DNA of 64,000 bases, taken from NCBI GenBank assembly GCA_963710335.1, contig CAVQAA010000005.1, positions 61,004 through 125,003 on the forward strand. The letters are read 5' to 3'. Shown here one piece after another: positions 9,568-18,075 of this stretch. A model generated the notes under the pieces. It made no database searches, was not told where the DNA came from, and worked only from the letters and a program-made list of their open reading frames with translations. The position numbers and the translations under genes are program-made. The stretch comes from an uncultured Spirochaetota bacterium (GTDB lineage Bacteria; Spirochaetota; Spirochaetia; SZUA-6; Fen-1364). Positions within the stretch are counted from its first letter, which is position 1, and each line of letters opens with the position of its first letter.

Positions 9568-10305
9568 TTACAGCACAAGTCCGCCGTCCACACGGAGGAC
9601 CTGGCCCGTTATGAACTCAGATTCGTCGCTGGCGAGAAACAGCGCCGCATTGGCGATGTCGCGGATCTCAGCCAGTCTCCCGAGAGGGGTCCTGGCGATG
9701 ATTGGCTCCAGCACCTTTTCCGGAACTGACGCGATCATGGGCGTTCGCGTGTAGCCTGGAGATATCGCGTTCACCCTCACCCGGGCGCCCTTGCGCGCAA
9801 ACTCCCGTGCCCATCCCTTTGTCATGGCAACGACGCCTCCCTTGGTTGCGGCGTAATTGGACTGTCCGATGTTGCCGTCCAGCCCGACGATGGAGCTGAT
9901 GCAGATGATGGATCCCCTGCCCGCCTCCATCATGATTGGAGCCACCGCGCGAGTCATGAAAAAGACACCTTTGAGATTCACGTTGATGACGGCGTCCCAG
10001 TCCGCGTCAGACATCTTGTGGATCATGGCGTCCCGCGTGATGCCCGCATTGTTGACCAGGATGTCAATGGCGCCCGACTCTGTACGGATGCGCTGAATAA
10101 CCGCGTTCACGGCCTCCGAGCTGGTCACGTCTACGGCCGCGCCGGTAATTGAAGAGGAGCTTTTCCCCAGCGCGGAAAGCTCGGTTTCATTTACGTCCAG
10201 GGCCCAGACGCTGCGCGCCCCCTCCCTGGCGAAAGTCTCGACAATCCCTTTGCCGATCCCGCGGGCGCCGCCCGTTACAACGCAGACTTTTCCATCCAGA
10301 CGCAT
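9568..10305 (-). CDS. short-chain dehydrogenase/reductase, 3-oxoacyl-ACP reductase (FabG)-like
   Basis: 245 aa with TGGARGIG, NNAG and the YAATKGG catalytic Tyr/Lys motif. AAGGAG RBS. Confidence 0.9.
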   Translation of the reverse strand: MRLDGKVCVVTGGARGIGKGIVETFAREGARSVWALDVNETELSALGKSSSSITGAAVDVTSSEAVNAVIQRIRTESGAIDILVNNAGITRDAMIHKMSDADWDAVINVNLKGVFFMTRAVAPIMMEAGRGSIICISSIVGLDGNIGQSNYAATKGGVVAMTKGWAREFARKGARVRVNAISPGYTRTPMIASVPEKVLEPIIARTPLGRLAEIRDIANAALFLASDESEFITGQVLRVDGGLVL

Positions 10306-10314
10306 GACATCTCC

Positions 10315-11328
10315 TTATTCCGTACATGGTCCCCACTTGATCACGGTGGCAGCCCAGACGAATCCGAGCCCCGCGCCCACGAACACGACCGTGGAGCCGT
10401 CGCGAACTTTCCCGGCGGCGAGCCCGAGCTCCAGGGACAGGACCTGATCGTTCTGCCCCAGGTGACCGTAATCTTCCAGGTACGTTGTATTGCCGGGCCC
10501 CAGGCCAAGCTCCTTCAGCACTGCCTCATGGGCGCTGCGCTTGAAATGGAGGATGGCAAGGTAGTCGATTGGCTGGTCCTGGAGGCGGGAACGCTGGAGG
10601 GACTCACGTATCACGGCATAGAAGTTGGGAAGGGTCAGGTCGTTCAGCTTTTTCTTGAACGCTTCCTCATCCGGGACGATGAAGTGGGCGCGAGATTCGT
10701 CCCCGGGAACCGGGGGCCACGCTTTCGACCCGAGCGTCGGCACGATGCACATTTCCGAAAAGGAGCCGTCCCCGCGGAAGGAAGAGGCAAGAACCGCGTT
10801 GCGGCCTGCTTTCTTTCGCAGCACCAGCGCCGATGCTCCCGAGCCGATGTCCAGCATGAACCGGGTGGCCGGCTCCTTCAAATCGATGAGATCATTGTTC
10901 CTGTATCCGGAAACCAGCAGCACCGTTTCCAGGTCATCTCGGGCAACTATGAGGGACTTGGCGATGTCAAGGGCGACCATCATGGAGCCGCACATGGCCT
11001 CCATGTCGAAGCTCCAGGCGTTTCGCGCTCCTATCTTGTTTGCGACATACAGACCTGCAAGCCAGCAGGGATAATCCTTGTGCTGAGCGCCGCACCATAT
11101 CACCAGATCGACCTGGGAACCTGAGATGCCTGCATCATCAAGCGCCTTTCTGGCAGCTTGGAGACCCATGTCCGCCGTGCTCTCACCGGGAGCGGAAACC
11201 GGCTTTCGCCTGACGCCAAACTTTGTTGCGATCACGTCTTCCGGAATGCCGGTAGCACGCGAGATTTCGCCGGCGCTCATGAAGGTTGATGGGAGCCAGG
11301 TACCGTGCCCGACGATGCCGACATGCAT
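10315..11328 (-). CDS. KASIII (FabH)-like condensing enzyme, non-canonical Cys-His-His arrangement
   Basis: 337 aa. It aligns by eye to E. coli FabH: Cys in MEAMCGS, His in AILHFKRS (HQAN position). The GNTSAAS position reads GHLGQND, so Asn is replaced by His. Confidence 0.8.
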   Translation of the reverse strand: MHVGIVGHGTWLPSTFMSAGEISRATGIPEDVIATKFGVRRKPVSAPGESTADMGLQAARKALDDAGISGSQVDLVIWCGAQHKDYPCWLAGLYVANKIGARNAWSFDMEAMCGSMMVALDIAKSLIVARDDLETVLLVSGYRNNDLIDLKEPATRFMLDIGSGASALVLRKKAGRNAVLASSFRGDGSFSEMCIVPTLGSKAWPPVPGDESRAHFIVPDEEAFKKKLNDLTLPNFYAVIRESLQRSRLQDQPIDYLAILHFKRSAHEAVLKELGLGPGNTTYLEDYGHLGQNDQVLSLELGLAAGKVRDGSTVVFVGAGLGFVWAATVIKWGPCTE

Positions 11329-11376
11329 CTCGAAGAATCCCTCCCCACCTGGATAACGACCGAATCAGCTCTCACC

Positions 11377-11405
11377 GTGATAATCCAGAATCTGTGGCTT
11401 GTCAA
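11377..11405 (-). promoter_or_regulatory. putative sigma-70 promoter for the KASIII-SDR-Liv-hydrolase-thiolase operon
   Basis: Minus strand reads TTGACA (11405-11400), a 17-nt spacer, then TATCAC (11382-11377). The -35 overlaps a plus-strand TTGTCA. Confidence 0.45.
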
Positions 11406-11449
11406 GCTTTTTATTGCGCCTTACAGTGAAGCATATTGACATCTTTCTA

Positions 11450-11478
11450 TTGCGCTGTGGATACGTTAAGTATATAAT
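11450..11478 (+). promoter_or_regulatory. putative sigma-70 promoter of the TetR gene, with a repeated octamer that may be an operator
   Basis: TTGCGC (11450-11455), a 17-nt spacer, then TATAAT (11473-11478). The octamer TATTGCGC occurs twice (11412-11419 and 11448-11455), and the second copy overlaps the -35. Confidence 0.45.
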
Positions 11479-11519
11479 CGTCGTTATTAGTGAATCGCTC
11501 CTCACTTCAAGAGGTTATT

Positions 11520-12653
11520 GTGTCGGATACTGAGAAACGGTTGATCGAGTCAGCAATAAACCTGTTTTCTCACAACTGGTATGGAACTGTCTCAGTCGCC
11601 GCGATCTGCCGGGGTGCAGCGCTCTCCAATGGCGTATTCTACAGATACTTCGATGGGAAGGAAGAACTTTTTCGAAGGATCCTGGAGCAGGTCCTTGAGA
11701 TGATTCGCTCTGCAGTATCAGCGCCTCGCGGCTCGTGCAAAAAAGATCGAATCCATTCTCTTGTTCATGCAGTGGTCGGCTTCTCCCGGGAACATACGGA
11801 GCTGGTCGCGGTGTTCCGCGAGGGTCAGTACAGATTTTTCGAGTACGAGCGAAAGCTGATGGCCATCTACCAGCACAGCCTGAGCTCGGCCCTGGGAAGG
11901 GAGATCGGGCTCCCTGAGTATCTCTTTGCGCTTGGCGGCATGCGCTTCTGCGCAATTCGGAGCGCTCTGCATGGCGTGGAGATACGGGTCGAAGATCTCG
12001 AAGATATTCTCTGCAGAGGCCTTTTCCGCGGAATGACTTTCGACGGCTCAAAAGTCTTCGGGGGAACCGCTACCCCCCACCCGATTGCCCTTGACGTGAG
12101 CGCCCGGGAGAGACTTCTCCACGCAGGAAAACGGCTCTTTGGTGAGAAAGGGTTCTTCGAGACGAACATCCACGAGATCACCGACCTTGCCGAGCTGTCC
12201 GTCGGCGCCTTTTACAGCCACTTCGAATCCAAGGAAGCGTATTTAGCCGAGCTTATCCGGATGGTGGGCCACGACGTGCGATCGTTCATCGCCCGAAACC
12301 TGCCTTTGAGCGATGGTGTGCCTCTCAACCGATTGGAGCGCGAGCTGCGCGGCCTGTGGCTGTGGCTGGTGTATCTTTCCATTGACAAGGACTGCTATCC
12401 CATCGTCCGTGAGGCCGAGTTCGTGCTGCCGGCCGCCGTGCGGGAATACTACGGCCATTTCGTGGACGGATATCTTAAAAACCCCGAAGGCAATGGCGAT
12501 GCCGATCAGGCAACCGCAATCGAGTTTCTCCTGGGGATCGCCCATTATTCAGGAATCGAGGCTGCGTTCGACATGTCTCCGTTGAACGCGCGCGCGGCGG
12601 TGCAAGCCATCGGCGGCTACCTGTCCCGCGGGTTCTCGGACTGGCTGGACTGA
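11520..12653 (+). CDS. tandem (double-domain) TetR/AcrR family transcriptional regulator
   Basis: Part of ORF 11490..12653. GTG 11520 has AAGAGG upstream. There are two TetR HTH regions: LIESAINLFSHNWYGTVSVAAICRGAALSNGVFYRYF and LLHAGKRLFGEKGFFETNIHEITDLAELSVGAFYSHF. Confidence 0.8.
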   Translation: MSDTEKRLIESAINLFSHNWYGTVSVAAICRGAALSNGVFYRYFDGKEELFRRILEQVLEMIRSAVSAPRGSCKKDRIHSLVHAVVGFSREHTELVAVFREGQYRFFEYERKLMAIYQHSLSSALGREIGLPEYLFALGGMRFCAIRSALHGVEIRVEDLEDILCRGLFRGMTFDGSKVFGGTATPHPIALDVSARERLLHAGKRLFGEKGFFETNIHEITDLAELSVGAFYSHFESKEAYLAELIRMVGHDVRSFIARNLPLSDGVPLNRLERELRGLWLWLVYLSIDKDCYPIVREAEFVLPAAVREYYGHFVDGYLKNPEGNGDADQATAIEFLLGIAHYSGIEAAFDMSPLNARAAVQAIGGYLSRGFSDWLD

Positions 12654-12665
12654 CAAGGAGGGGAC

Positions 12666-13676
12666 ATGGCCACGGCGCAAATCGTTGGAACAGGCATCTA
12701 CGCACCGGGGGAGCCAATCGACAATGCGGAGCTTGCCCGTCTGACCGGCATAGCTTTCGACGCCGGGCGCCTGGAGTCGAAGATCGGGATCCGGGCACGG
12801 CATATCGCGCGACTTCGCGGGATCTCGGAAACCACCGCGGACTTCGCGGAAAAGGCCGCGCGGGCGGCCCTTGCGGATGCCGGCGTGGAGGCTCGCGAGG
12901 TGGGGCTCTTCGTCGTCGCAACAGACACCCCTGAGTACATCTCTCCTGCGACCTCCATCCTTCTCCAGGGAAGGCTGCAGGGCGGAGAAACAGAGTCCGG
13001 CGCTTTCGACATCGGCGCCTCCTGCGCGAGCTTTGTGACCGCCCTCGACGCCGCCTCCCGGATGATGGTCACGGACAGCTCGCTTCGCTATGCCCTCGTG
13101 GTCGGCGTCTACAACATGCCCGCGTATCTGCGGCCGGGTGATGAGTTTGGCTGGACGATTTTTGCGGATGGGGCAGGCGCGGTCCTTCTGGCCAGGAAGA
13201 AGAAAAACGGCTCTTCGGGTTATCTGGAGGGGGTGCTTAAGGCCGACGGCACGCAGTGGAATTACGTCGGAGTCTATGCAGGCGGCACGCGGAAGCCTGT
13301 CACCAAGGAGCGCCTGGAGACGGGAGCCTGGGGACTTGAGCTGCTGCAGAAGCTCCCAGGTGACCGCAACGTGAAGCTCTGGCCTCCCCTTGTGCACCGG
13401 CTGCTGGACAAGGCCGGATGGCACCTGGACAGGGTGGATCACATCCTTTTTACGCAGATCAACAGATCGGTCATCCATGAGGTCATGGGGATCCTCGGGC
13501 TCCCTCTCCGAAAAACAACCTGCGTCATGGACCGTTACGGATATACGGGGTCAGCGTGCGTGCCCATGGCGCTGCATACGGCGCTTCGCGACGGGAAGGT
13601 GAAAAAAGGGGACGCGCTGGTCCTTGTGGCATCGGGCGCTGGCCTTGCGGTCGGCGCCAACCTTGTCAGGCTCTGA
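12666..13676 (+). CDS. KASIII (FabH)-like protein retaining Cys but lacking the canonical His and Asn
   Basis: 336 aa. It aligns closely to the FabH C-terminus. Cys is present in DIGASCASF. The HQAN position reads FTQIN and the GNTSAAS position reads GYTGSAC. Confidence 0.8.
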   Translation: MATAQIVGTGIYAPGEPIDNAELARLTGIAFDAGRLESKIGIRARHIARLRGISETTADFAEKAARAALADAGVEAREVGLFVVATDTPEYISPATSILLQGRLQGGETESGAFDIGASCASFVTALDAASRMMVTDSSLRYALVVGVYNMPAYLRPGDEFGWTIFADGAGAVLLARKKKNGSSGYLEGVLKADGTQWNYVGVYAGGTRKPVTKERLETGAWGLELLQKLPGDRNVKLWPPLVHRLLDKAGWHLDRVDHILFTQINRSVIHEVMGILGLPLRKTTCVMDRYGYTGSACVPMALHTALRDGKVKKGDALVLVASGAGLAVGANLVRL

Positions 13677-13698
13677 TCATTCTCTCAGGAGGCGAAAG

Positions 13699-15006
13699 AT
13701 GCAGTGGCAGGACGAGTACAGGAAGAAGGTCGTGGACATCGACACCGCGGTGTGCCAGATCAAGAGCGGAAACGACGTCATCGTGGCTCAGTGCGCCTCC
13801 GAACCGCAGGGCTGCATGTCGCGGTTCCACACCGTGGCGGACAAGGTGGAAGACGTGCGTGTTTTCTCCGTGCTGACCCTCAAGCCCTACGATTTCTACA
13901 TGCGGCCGGAGATGAAAGGGCATTTCGAGCTTGCGTCCTGGTTCCATGCTCCGGGGTCGCGTGAAGCCTTGAAGGCCGGAACAGGGACTGTCACCTACGT
14001 GCCCAATATGCTTCATCGAGCGGCGCTGGACCGGATCCACGCGCACAACCCCGACGTGTTCTTCGGTACCTGTACGCCGCCGGACAGGCACGGCTACGTG
14101 TCGCTTTCCCTGGGCATCACGTATGAGAAGGACGTCATCGAAGCCGCAGGAACGGTCGTGCTGGAAGTGAATCCTCGGCTTCCCCGCACATTCGGCGACA
14201 CGCAGGTCCACGTCACGGCGGTGGACTGTTTTGTCGAGTACGACCAGGAGGTGCCGTCCCTCCCCTCGCCATCCCCCTCCGGGACGGACATCGCAATCGG
14301 GGGCTATATCGCCGAGCTCGTGGAGGACGGAAGCACAATTCAGCTGGGAATCGGCGGCATCCCCAACGCGGCCGCCCTGGCCCTCCGGGAGAAACGCAAC
14401 CTGGGCGTCCATACGGAGATGATGGTCGACTCCATGATGGAGCTCTACGAGATGGGAGTCGTCACGAACCAGTGCAAGGGGCTCATGAAAGGAAAGTTCG
14501 TCTGCTGCTTCGCCATGGGATCTCGCAAGCTGTACGACTGGCTCAACGACAACGTCGCCGTGCAATTCGAACGCGGAAAGTGGGTGAACGACCCCGCGGT
14601 CATCAGGAAGAACACGAAGATGGTGTCAGTCAACACGTGCCTCATGGTTGACCTGACGGGCCAGGTTGCAAGCGAAGCCATCGGGACGACCCAGTACTCA
14701 GGGACGGGAGGGCAATCTGATACGGCCATCGGCGCCGTTGAAGGCCTGGATGGGGCCGGCAAGTCGATCATTGCGTGCTACAGCACGGCGAAGGCAGGAA
14801 AGGTATCCACAATCGTTCCCACGCTTCCCGAGGGAACCGCAGTAACGCTTCATCGGTCCAACGTCGACATCGTTGTCACCGAACACGGGATTGCACGCCT
14901 TCGTGGCCGCACGGTGCGTGAGCGGGTCAGGGAGCTGGTGGCCGTGGCTCACCCCGATTTCAGAGCCGACCTTACTGCGCGGGCGAAAGAGCTGGGATAT
15001 ATATAA
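13699..15006 (+). CDS. acetyl-CoA hydrolase/transferase family protein (4-hydroxybutyrate/butyryl-CoA:acetate CoA-transferase-like)
   Basis: Part of ORF 13624..15006. ATG 13699 follows AGGAGG. Contains MQWQDEYRKKVV, QLGIGGIPNAAA, EMMVDS and the GTGGQSD motif. Confidence 0.85.
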   Translation: MQWQDEYRKKVVDIDTAVCQIKSGNDVIVAQCASEPQGCMSRFHTVADKVEDVRVFSVLTLKPYDFYMRPEMKGHFELASWFHAPGSREALKAGTGTVTYVPNMLHRAALDRIHAHNPDVFFGTCTPPDRHGYVSLSLGITYEKDVIEAAGTVVLEVNPRLPRTFGDTQVHVTAVDCFVEYDQEVPSLPSPSPSGTDIAIGGYIAELVEDGSTIQLGIGGIPNAAALALREKRNLGVHTEMMVDSMMELYEMGVVTNQCKGLMKGKFVCCFAMGSRKLYDWLNDNVAVQFERGKWVNDPAVIRKNTKMVSVNTCLMVDLTGQVASEAIGTTQYSGTGGQSDTAIGAVEGLDGAGKSIIACYSTAKAGKVSTIVPTLPEGTAVTLHRSNVDIVVTEHGIARLRGRTVRERVRELVAVAHPDFRADLTARAKELGYI

Positions 15007-15160
15007 AGGAAATTGTCGCATTGCTTTCCGTTGGCCCATCACCGAATTTTGTTGACATATCGTGGTTAGTATGAATCCTTGTAACTATCCGAAAATGTCC
15101 AGAACCTCGACGATGTGAGGCGCCATACGTCGGGGGGCAGAAGACGGGGCAAGGGCATTA

Positions 15161-16102
15161 ATGGAGCAGACGGAACTTCTACAGACCAGCATCGCGGATC
15201 TCCCCATGGGCTCGGTGGACACCCTGGATCTAACCCTTGACCTCGGGGAGCTTGTCCTTGCCAGCCAAATCGACGAAAGCTTCGATGATCTGATCCGCCA
15301 GGCGCGGGATGTCAACGGAAACCTTTTTCCACTGCGGAAATGCCGGCTGGTGCTCCGCGAAGGGGGGAAGCTGCGCCTGCGCAACCCCCACTCTGGCGCA
15401 GATGATCCCGCTTACGTCGAGCTGCAGCAGATGCTCCTGCGCTGCGCGGGATTCACCGATGCGATTGTGAGCGATCATTCTTCCCCTCTCGTGGTGGAAG
15501 CCACCCGGCGTCCCGGTATCGTGGAGGAGCAGGAGTACGGCATGGTTGTCCGGGAGATCATCAGCCCGGAAGACCTGGCAAAGACGCACGAGTTCGCCCG
15601 TGATTACTACTTCTACAAGGACTTCAACTACGACCTGGAGGTGTCCCGGCAATTCGACCTGCACACCCACGTGTTTGCCGCCTATGACAAGAGGGACCAG
15701 ATGGTCGCTCTTTCCCGCAGCGCCATGCGTGTTCCAGGGTACAATTGTCCCTTCATGTACGCCGTGACCGACGGGGGCGAGCATTATCGGGTGCCGGAAC
15801 GCCACCACTCCATCGGAGAAGTCTGCGCGATCTACAAGGAGGGCCGTGAAGGAGTTTTCGCCTACAAGCGGCTGATGGAGTTCATCGTCCATTATCTCTA
15901 CCTCATCGCGCTTCCCGACAGTATCTGGACCACGTACGAGGTGAATGATCCGTTCACCGGCAACCTTTACAAGAACAAGTTCATGATGGAGGAGATGGGG
16001 GTCAGGCTCACATACCGCGACTTCGGAGGCAAATGGAACCTGCTATGCACGGAAAAAATCCTGGATCTTCACAAGCTCCACCGAAATCTCTTCCGGAAGT
16101 AG
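15161..16102 (+). CDS. hypothetical protein (C-terminal half possibly GNAT / N-acyl synthase-like fold)
   Basis: 313-aa ORF with no family motif I can name with certainty. Its 3' end overlaps the next gene by 70 nt if that gene starts at 16033. Confidence 0.6.
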   Translation: MEQTELLQTSIADLPMGSVDTLDLTLDLGELVLASQIDESFDDLIRQARDVNGNLFPLRKCRLVLREGGKLRLRNPHSGADDPAYVELQQMLLRCAGFTDAIVSDHSSPLVVEATRRPGIVEEQEYGMVVREIISPEDLAKTHEFARDYYFYKDFNYDLEVSRQFDLHTHVFAAYDKRDQMVALSRSAMRVPGYNCPFMYAVTDGGEHYRVPERHHSIGEVCAIYKEGREGVFAYKRLMEFIVHYLYLIALPDSIWTTYEVNDPFTGNLYKNKFMMEEMGVRLTYRDFGGKWNLLCTEKILDLHKLHRNLFRK

Positions 16103-18075
16103 AGACGGTCCGGCTCAACGAATCTCCCGAGCTGCGTGAGCGCTTCCGGCGGCAGCAGGCTGATTCCCTCACTCGGATCAACCGCATCGGCGCTCCGTTC
16201 GGCCTGCTCATTGCCCTTTACCTGGCGCTGCTGAGCGACCCGGTTGCCTATCCCTTCTACGCGCACGCGATGTTCCTCGGGCGGATGTACCTCATCGTCG
16301 TGGCCGCCTTCGTCGGCGTGCTCTCCTTTGTCCCCTTCGCGCGCCGCTTCGGCGTGCCCCTCTCCTTCCTCGCTTTCCTGGGCGCCTCCATGATGATGGC
16401 CCACCTCACGGGGATCATGAACAACGACAACGCGGACGTCACTGCGTGGTTGCTCGTGAACATCATCTTCTGCGGCGTGTACCCGCTTCCCGTGGCGTAT
16501 TCCTTGGCCGTCGTCGTTCTCAGCTTTGCCTACTACATCCTCATGTTCCTGCACAGCGGATTCGTGCCCGACCTGAACTTTCGCAACGTGCTCATCAACG
16601 TGGGGAGTGCCAGCTTCGTGACCCTTGCCTTTAAGATCGGGATCGAGAGGATCCGAAAGCGGGAGTTCTACTTCCGGGCCGGCCTGGAGAAAGCCAACGA
16701 GGAGATCGCGGACCTCAACAACAAGCTGAAGGACGAGAACCTCCGCCTGTCCCACGAGCTGGAAATCGCCGCGCACATCCAGAGCGTCGTTCTGCCCCAG
16801 GAGCGCGACTACCGGGCCTTCCGCGACCTGCAGATCGCCTGCCAAATGATACCCGCAACGGAGGTGGGGGGGGATTTCTACGACACAATCCACTTCGGCC
16901 CCGACGGGTTCATCTCCATTGGAGACGTGACCGACCACGGCCTTCACTCGGGGCTCGTGATGATGATGGTGCACACGGCCCTGCGCGCGCTTGCCAACGT
17001 GGAGCGCACGGATATCCAGCGCATCTACCGGGTGATCAACAAGCTGATCTACGATTTCCGGGTCAAAACGCTCGACAACCGCATCATGTCTCTCATCATC
17101 CTCAATTACCTCGGCGACGGCGAGTTCGTTATGACCGGCCAGCATGAATCTCTTCTCATCATCCGCAAGGACGGCACGGTCCAGAACATCGACTCCCTGG
17201 AATACGGGATGTATGCCGGCCTGGATGCAAACGTCGCTGAGTACCTGAAGCTCTTCAACTTCCATCTGGACACCGACGACGTGCTTGTTCTGTACACGGA
17301 TGGCATCACGGAGGCAATGGACACGCAGGAAAAGCAGTTCGGTACCAATGGAATCCTCGAAGCCGCCGTGGCCTCACGGGGAGCCTCAGCGGAGGAGATC
17401 CAGGCCGCCATCATGGGGGCCTGCCAGAAACACATCGGGGAGGCGCACCTCTACGACGACCTGTCCCTCGTGGTAGTGAAGAAGGTGCCGGACAAGGGCT
17501 GGGACGGGCAGATGAAGGGGACCGTTCGACTGGGAGACAGGATCGATGTGATAACAGGAGTAGACAGCTCCTTCACCGTTCGCTTTCTCCCCTTGGACAT
17601 GTTCGACAACTGGCAGAGGGGCAGCGTGCTCTCGGATTTCACGGCCACCTACTTCCGCCACAACTTCCCCCGGGACGAGGAGTTCGGTCTCATCTCCACG
17701 GTGGTGAACGAGCTCGTGGAGAACGCGGTCAAGTTTACCACCAACAACTCCCTCCCCGTCGAGCTGACCCTGAAAAAGGCGCCCAGGCGGATGCTCATCC
17801 AGGCTGCGAACACCGTGCCGGTGCACCGCTGCCAGCCCTTCATGGCCGTGTGCCGCGAGCTGTTCGAGAAGGACCTGGACGAGCTGTACATGGAGCGGAT
17901 CAAGCAGGACCGGACGGACTCCGATGCCTCGGGACTTGGCTTGCTTCTGATCCGCAAGGACTACAGCTCGAAGCTCAGCTTTGAGTTCAGATTTGACGAA
18001 AATAATACGGCCCGCGTGACGGCGACCGCAGAGCTTTCTTTCCAAGAAAATGGGGTAGAACCCGATGAGCGATAA
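16033..18075 (+). CDS. membrane sensor: 6-TM domain + PP2C/SpoIIE phosphatase + C-terminal HATPase-like (anti-sigma kinase-like) domain
   Basis: 680 aa with about six hydrophobic helices (residues about 55-230) followed by a coiled coil. The PP2C part includes EVGGDFYD, IGDVTDHGLHSGL and LYTDGITEA. The C-terminal part includes NELVENAVKFT (N-box-like) and SGLGLLLI (G2-like), with no clear DxGxG box. Confidence 0.85.
   Translation: MEPAMHGKNPGSSQAPPKSLPEVETVRLNESPELRERFRRQQADSLTRINRIGAPFGLLIALYLALLSDPVAYPFYAHAMFLGRMYLIVVAAFVGVLSFVPFARRFGVPLSFLAFLGASMMMAHLTGIMNNDNADVTAWLLVNIIFCGVYPLPVAYSLAVVVLSFAYYILMFLHSGFVPDLNFRNVLINVGSASFVTLAFKIGIERIRKREFYFRAGLEKANEEIADLNNKLKDENLRLSHELEIAAHIQSVVLPQERDYRAFRDLQIACQMIPATEVGGDFYDTIHFGPDGFISIGDVTDHGLHSGLVMMMVHTALRALANVERTDIQRIYRVINKLIYDFRVKTLDNRIMSLIILNYLGDGEFVMTGQHESLLIIRKDGTVQNIDSLEYGMYAGLDANVAEYLKLFNFHLDTDDVLVLYTDGITEAMDTQEKQFGTNGILEAAVASRGASAEEIQAAIMGACQKHIGEAHLYDDLSLVVVKKVPDKGWDGQMKGTVRLGDRIDVITGVDSSFTVRFLPLDMFDNWQRGSVLSDFTATYFRHNFPRDEEFGLISTVVNELVENAVKFTTNNSLPVELTLKKAPRRMLIQAANTVPVHRCQPFMAVCRELFEKDLDELYMERIKQDRTDSDASGLGLLLIRKDYSSKLSFEFRFDENNTARVTATAELSFQENGVEPDER

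Noticed and set aside
13666-14565. 299-aa antisense ORF opposite the CoA-transferase gene
   Set aside because: Its composition is rich in Arg, His, Gly and Val and it has no motifs. The sense strand carries clear family signatures. It is a typical shadow ORF in GC-rich DNA.
15007-15160. Possible riboswitch or sRNA in the 154-nt gap before the orphan 313-aa gene
   Set aside because: I found no recognisable conserved riboswitch core or stable terminator/antiterminator pair. A TTGACA at 15052-15057 lacks a properly spaced -10.
16069-17265. 398-aa antisense ORF opposite the SpoIIE-type gene
   Set aside because: It is a shadow ORF. The sense strand has TM helices and PP2C motifs, while the antisense product is a low-complexity sequence rich in H, E, V and D.
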